DNA of 17,664 bases, from contig JAUQYZ020000148.1 in assembly GCA_030587475.2 (NCBI GenBank), positions 1 through 17,664 on the forward strand. Direction: 5' to 3'. The translations under genes and the position numbers were made by a program. This document shows, one piece after another, positions 15,172 through 17,664 of this stretch. Source of the DNA: Candidatus Sigynarchaeum calidifontis (lineage in GTDB: Archaea > Asgardarchaeota > Lokiarchaeia > Sigyniarchaeales > Sigyniarchaeaceae). The notes beneath the pieces were generated by a model that did not search any database, was not told the origin of the DNA, and saw nothing but the letters and a program-made list of their open reading frames with translations. Numbering within the stretch: the first letter of the stretch is position 1; the number at the start of each line of letters is the position of its first letter.

Positions 15172-15449
15172 ATGGAAAAAAACCGCTGCGGCCATACTTG
15201 AAATTCCTCATTATCGGGGGGATCTTCACCGCGGAAAGCGCTGCTTCGCTGATTAGGGGGCTCACGTTCAACATGGAAGCCGCCCTCTTCGGTTCGATGC
15301 CATACGGGGGATCCTCCTCGGCGCTATTCGCCATGCTTTCGATACCATTCATCATCATCGGCCTGATATCGATTCCCTTCGGCTTGAGCTTCTTGATCAC
15401 GGGCGCGGTGAAGCGAAATACATGGATGGCGGAAAACGCGTTTGGATGA
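15172..15449 (+). pseudogene. Small 2-TM protein, likely a paralog of the upstream gene, frameshifted in an A7 run
   Basis: The ATG at 15172 is 26 nt upstream of the open frame starting at 15198. Adding one A to the run at 15176-15182 gives MEKKPLRPYLKFLIIGGIFTA, parallel to the upstream gene's QKRGYLGFIIAGAVAS. Confidence 0.55.
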
Positions 15450-15585
15450 TTTGGTCTGGTTCTTTTTCTTTCCTATCTAAACAGCGTGTCATAAAAAGCG
15501 GGTAGCTGGGCAATGGATCGTTATTAAGGGTATCTTCACGTTCAAATAACGCCCGGCTCCCTATTACCATACTGTGCAAGGTTAA

Positions 15586-16422
15586 TTATTGTTTTATCTT
15601 CATGTAGCCCAGTAATATTGAATCTTTGGCTCCTTTTGGCAAGATCTTATTTAGCCCGAGGAAAAAAGCGCTTTTCGAGTCCACGGTGTTATATAATTTC
15701 GGTTTCTTCGCCTTGAGAACATTATAGATCTTTTTTGCGGCATCGCCAGGTGTTGGAGCCGTCTTGACCAGTTCTTTGTCCCGTTCTATGAATTTTCTTG
15801 CGCGCTCGCGATATGGAGATCCTTCCGGCGGTAGATGGTGGATCTTCGCCGCGAAACTGGTGGAAACTTGGGCTGGCTCGATGATAGCACATCTTATACC
15901 AAATGGTTCCACCTCAAGTTGTAGGGCTTGGACCATTCCTTCGATCGCAAACTTCGTACCCGTGTAGACCGACTCGAACGGGAACGGGATGCGACCCACG
16001 AGGGAGCTCATCGCCACTAATTTGCCTCGCTTGTGCTCCCGCATGGACGGGATGAAGGCTTGAAAAATAGCCGCGCACCCGATGACGTTGATCTCGAAGC
16101 ATTTCAATGCCTTGTCCAGGTTTACCTCCTCGAAAGGATCGAAGAACCCGATCCCTACATTCGACAAGACCGTGTCCACGCGACCGTATTTCTTTAGGGC
16201 TACATCCCGGAACTTCAAGATCCCGGCCCTATCCGTTATATCGAGGCTTTGTAAAAGATGATCGCCACCGATACTATTCAACTCTTGCTCCAGGCTCTTT
16301 AAACCATCCTTGTCGACATCGAAACCGGCGATGCAGTCCCCTGCCCTGGCTAGCATTTTTGCAACTTCCCTTCCCATCCCCTGTGCTAAGCCCGTGATGA
16401 CAACGATGTCCTTTTCATCCAT
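15586..16422 (-). CDS. Classical short-chain dehydrogenase/reductase
   Basis: TGLAQGMG, NVGIG, catalytic Ser (MSS) and YTGTK, IIEP. The ATG at 16422 is preferred over the TTG at 16428. Confidence 0.93.
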   Translation of the reverse strand: MDEKDIVVITGLAQGMGREVAKMLARAGDCIAGFDVDKDGLKSLEQELNSIGGDHLLQSLDITDRAGILKFRDVALKKYGRVDTVLSNVGIGFFDPFEEVNLDKALKCFEINVIGCAAIFQAFIPSMREHKRGKLVAMSSLVGRIPFPFESVYTGTKFAIEGMVQALQLEVEPFGIRCAIIEPAQVSTSFAAKIHHLPPEGSPYRERARKFIERDKELVKTAPTPGDAAKKIYNVLKAKKPKLYNTVDSKSAFFLGLNKILPKGAKDSILLGYMKIKQ

Positions 16423-16465
16423 TTTCAAACAGCATCACGCTTTTTTTTTTCCGATTCAGCCATGA

Positions 16466-17449
16466 TCAATGATTATTCTTCACTATTGTGCCTAATTGCC
16501 GAATTGAATGTTCGAAATCGGGATATTGCAGTTTGAATCCCGTGCTCTGTAACTTCGAGATATCCACGATATAATCGTCGTACAAATAGCGAACCGCATC
16601 TTTCTCAAGATCCGGGATTTTCCCGCGGATTCGCGACGTGAATCCGCCAACTCTCGCCGCCAACATTACGAGGCCGAGTGGCAAATGTCTCGAAGGAACC
16701 GTGGTTCCGAAAACCTCTGCTGCGAGTTTGAGCGCATGCTCGACTGTAGGATGACTCTCATCAGCAATGTTGTATACCTCGCCGATAGTCTTTTCTTGGC
16801 AAGCCAAGTATTCCGCAGCAGCAGCCACATCTTCAGCCCGAACATTAGCGAGCGTTTGAGTTCCAGGCCCCGGAATACCTGAAATCGAGGTGGGTCGTGA
16901 AAACACCTTTCCAGCGCCGTCCGTACATCTAGGCCCGTATACCGTGCATGGCCGTAAAATCGTAGCTGGCAAACCCTCTTTCATTCGATTGAAAACAACG
17001 TTCTCCCCGTCACGCTTGCTACGCCCGTAATTATCGACAGGTACTCTTTCTGATTTTTCCGTGAACGGCCTTCCCTTATACAAGCCATATACACTCGTGG
17101 AACTCACGTGGACGAATTGCTTCACGCCAGCATCCAGCGCAGCCTTCGTGATATTGTCAACGCCATAGACATTAGTTGGTTTCAATATCTTGTATGGCGT
17201 CGAAAAATTGCATATCGCCCCGAGATGGAACACGCAATCAACCCCTCCCTTGAAAAGCGGTTTCAACGTTTCTGGCATGGTGAGATCAGCACCAACGAAC
17301 TCCACGCCGAGCTTGTCAAAGAAAGGAGTTTGTTTCCTAGGCCGTGACGTGGCTCGCACAGAGTGGTTTCTCTTTACCAAGTATTCAACGAGATGGCTGC
17401 CCATGAAACCCGCCGCGCCAGTGACGAGCCAAATCCCTTTTGAATCCAC
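16466..17449 (-). CDS. NAD-dependent epimerase/dehydratase (extended SDR)
   Basis: TGAAGFMG, VFHLGA, HVSSTSVYG, YGRSK, LRPCTVYGP; GTG start. Confidence 0.93.
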   Translation of the reverse strand: MDSKGIWLVTGAAGFMGSHLVEYLVKRNHSVRATSRPRKQTPFFDKLGVEFVGADLTMPETLKPLFKGGVDCVFHLGAICNFSTPYKILKPTNVYGVDNITKAALDAGVKQFVHVSSTSVYGLYKGRPFTEKSERVPVDNYGRSKRDGENVVFNRMKEGLPATILRPCTVYGPRCTDGAGKVFSRPTSISGIPGPGTQTLANVRAEDVAAAAEYLACQEKTIGEVYNIADESHPTVEHALKLAAEVFGTTVPSRHLPLGLVMLAARVGGFTSRIRGKIPDLEKDAVRYLYDDYIVDISKLQSTGFKLQYPDFEHSIRQLGTIVKNNH

Positions 17450-17664
17450 CCTAAAAGCCCCCCTATCGAGCGATAAAATGTTATTTTCACGCGACTATTT
17501 AATTCTAAGCATTAATCGTGTTTGTATTCACAATCATGTTTTGGATTTCGTGCAAGAGTATGCCACTGGTTGGGGTGTTTATTATAATGTTCTCGTAAAA
17601 TACTCGCGAGCATCTTCGAAAAAACGAGATTGTTAACCCGGCGATGGCGAAACCACCTTTTTTT

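Noticed and set aside
1-17664. CRISPR array, tRNA/rRNA, transposase/integrase, selenocysteine or pyrrolysine readthrough
   Set aside because: No spaced direct repeats, RNA-gene signatures or transposase motifs were seen, and no in-frame TGA/TAG interrupts a recognisable domain. The one internal stop found is TAA, in a decayed fragment.

Overview
Chromosomal window from an archaeon, most likely an Asgard archaeon (Loki/Sigyn-like). That assignment is inferred from TATA-like promoters, T-rich terminators, many zinc-ribbon membrane proteins, and PCI-like and longin-like domains. From left to right: the 5' end of a tetraether lipid synthase-family radical SAM gene that the ORF track missed (1-360, minus strand), adk, two tandem tubby/LURP/scramblase-like paralogs, a membrane zinc-ribbon protein, a 588-aa winged-helix/Pro-rich/winged-helix protein, hisS abutting a zinc-ribbon plus tandem longin-like gene, about 550 bp of decayed gene fragments (PD-(D/E)XK nuclease, Ig-like, zinc ribbon), hisB, a polytopic membrane protein with a probably extracytoplasmic PHP domain, hisC, a membrane-anchored M23-like peptidase with an altered Zn motif, a DUF2284 protein, two 2-TM paralogs (the second frameshifted at an A7 run), and an SDR/extended-SDR pair. 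I saw no tRNA, rRNA, CRISPR array or intact mobile element. The best candidate for a new system is the co-oriented run of eukaryote-signature-like proteins around hisS, within a dispersed histidine locus. All domain calls were made by eye and need HMM or structure confirmation.
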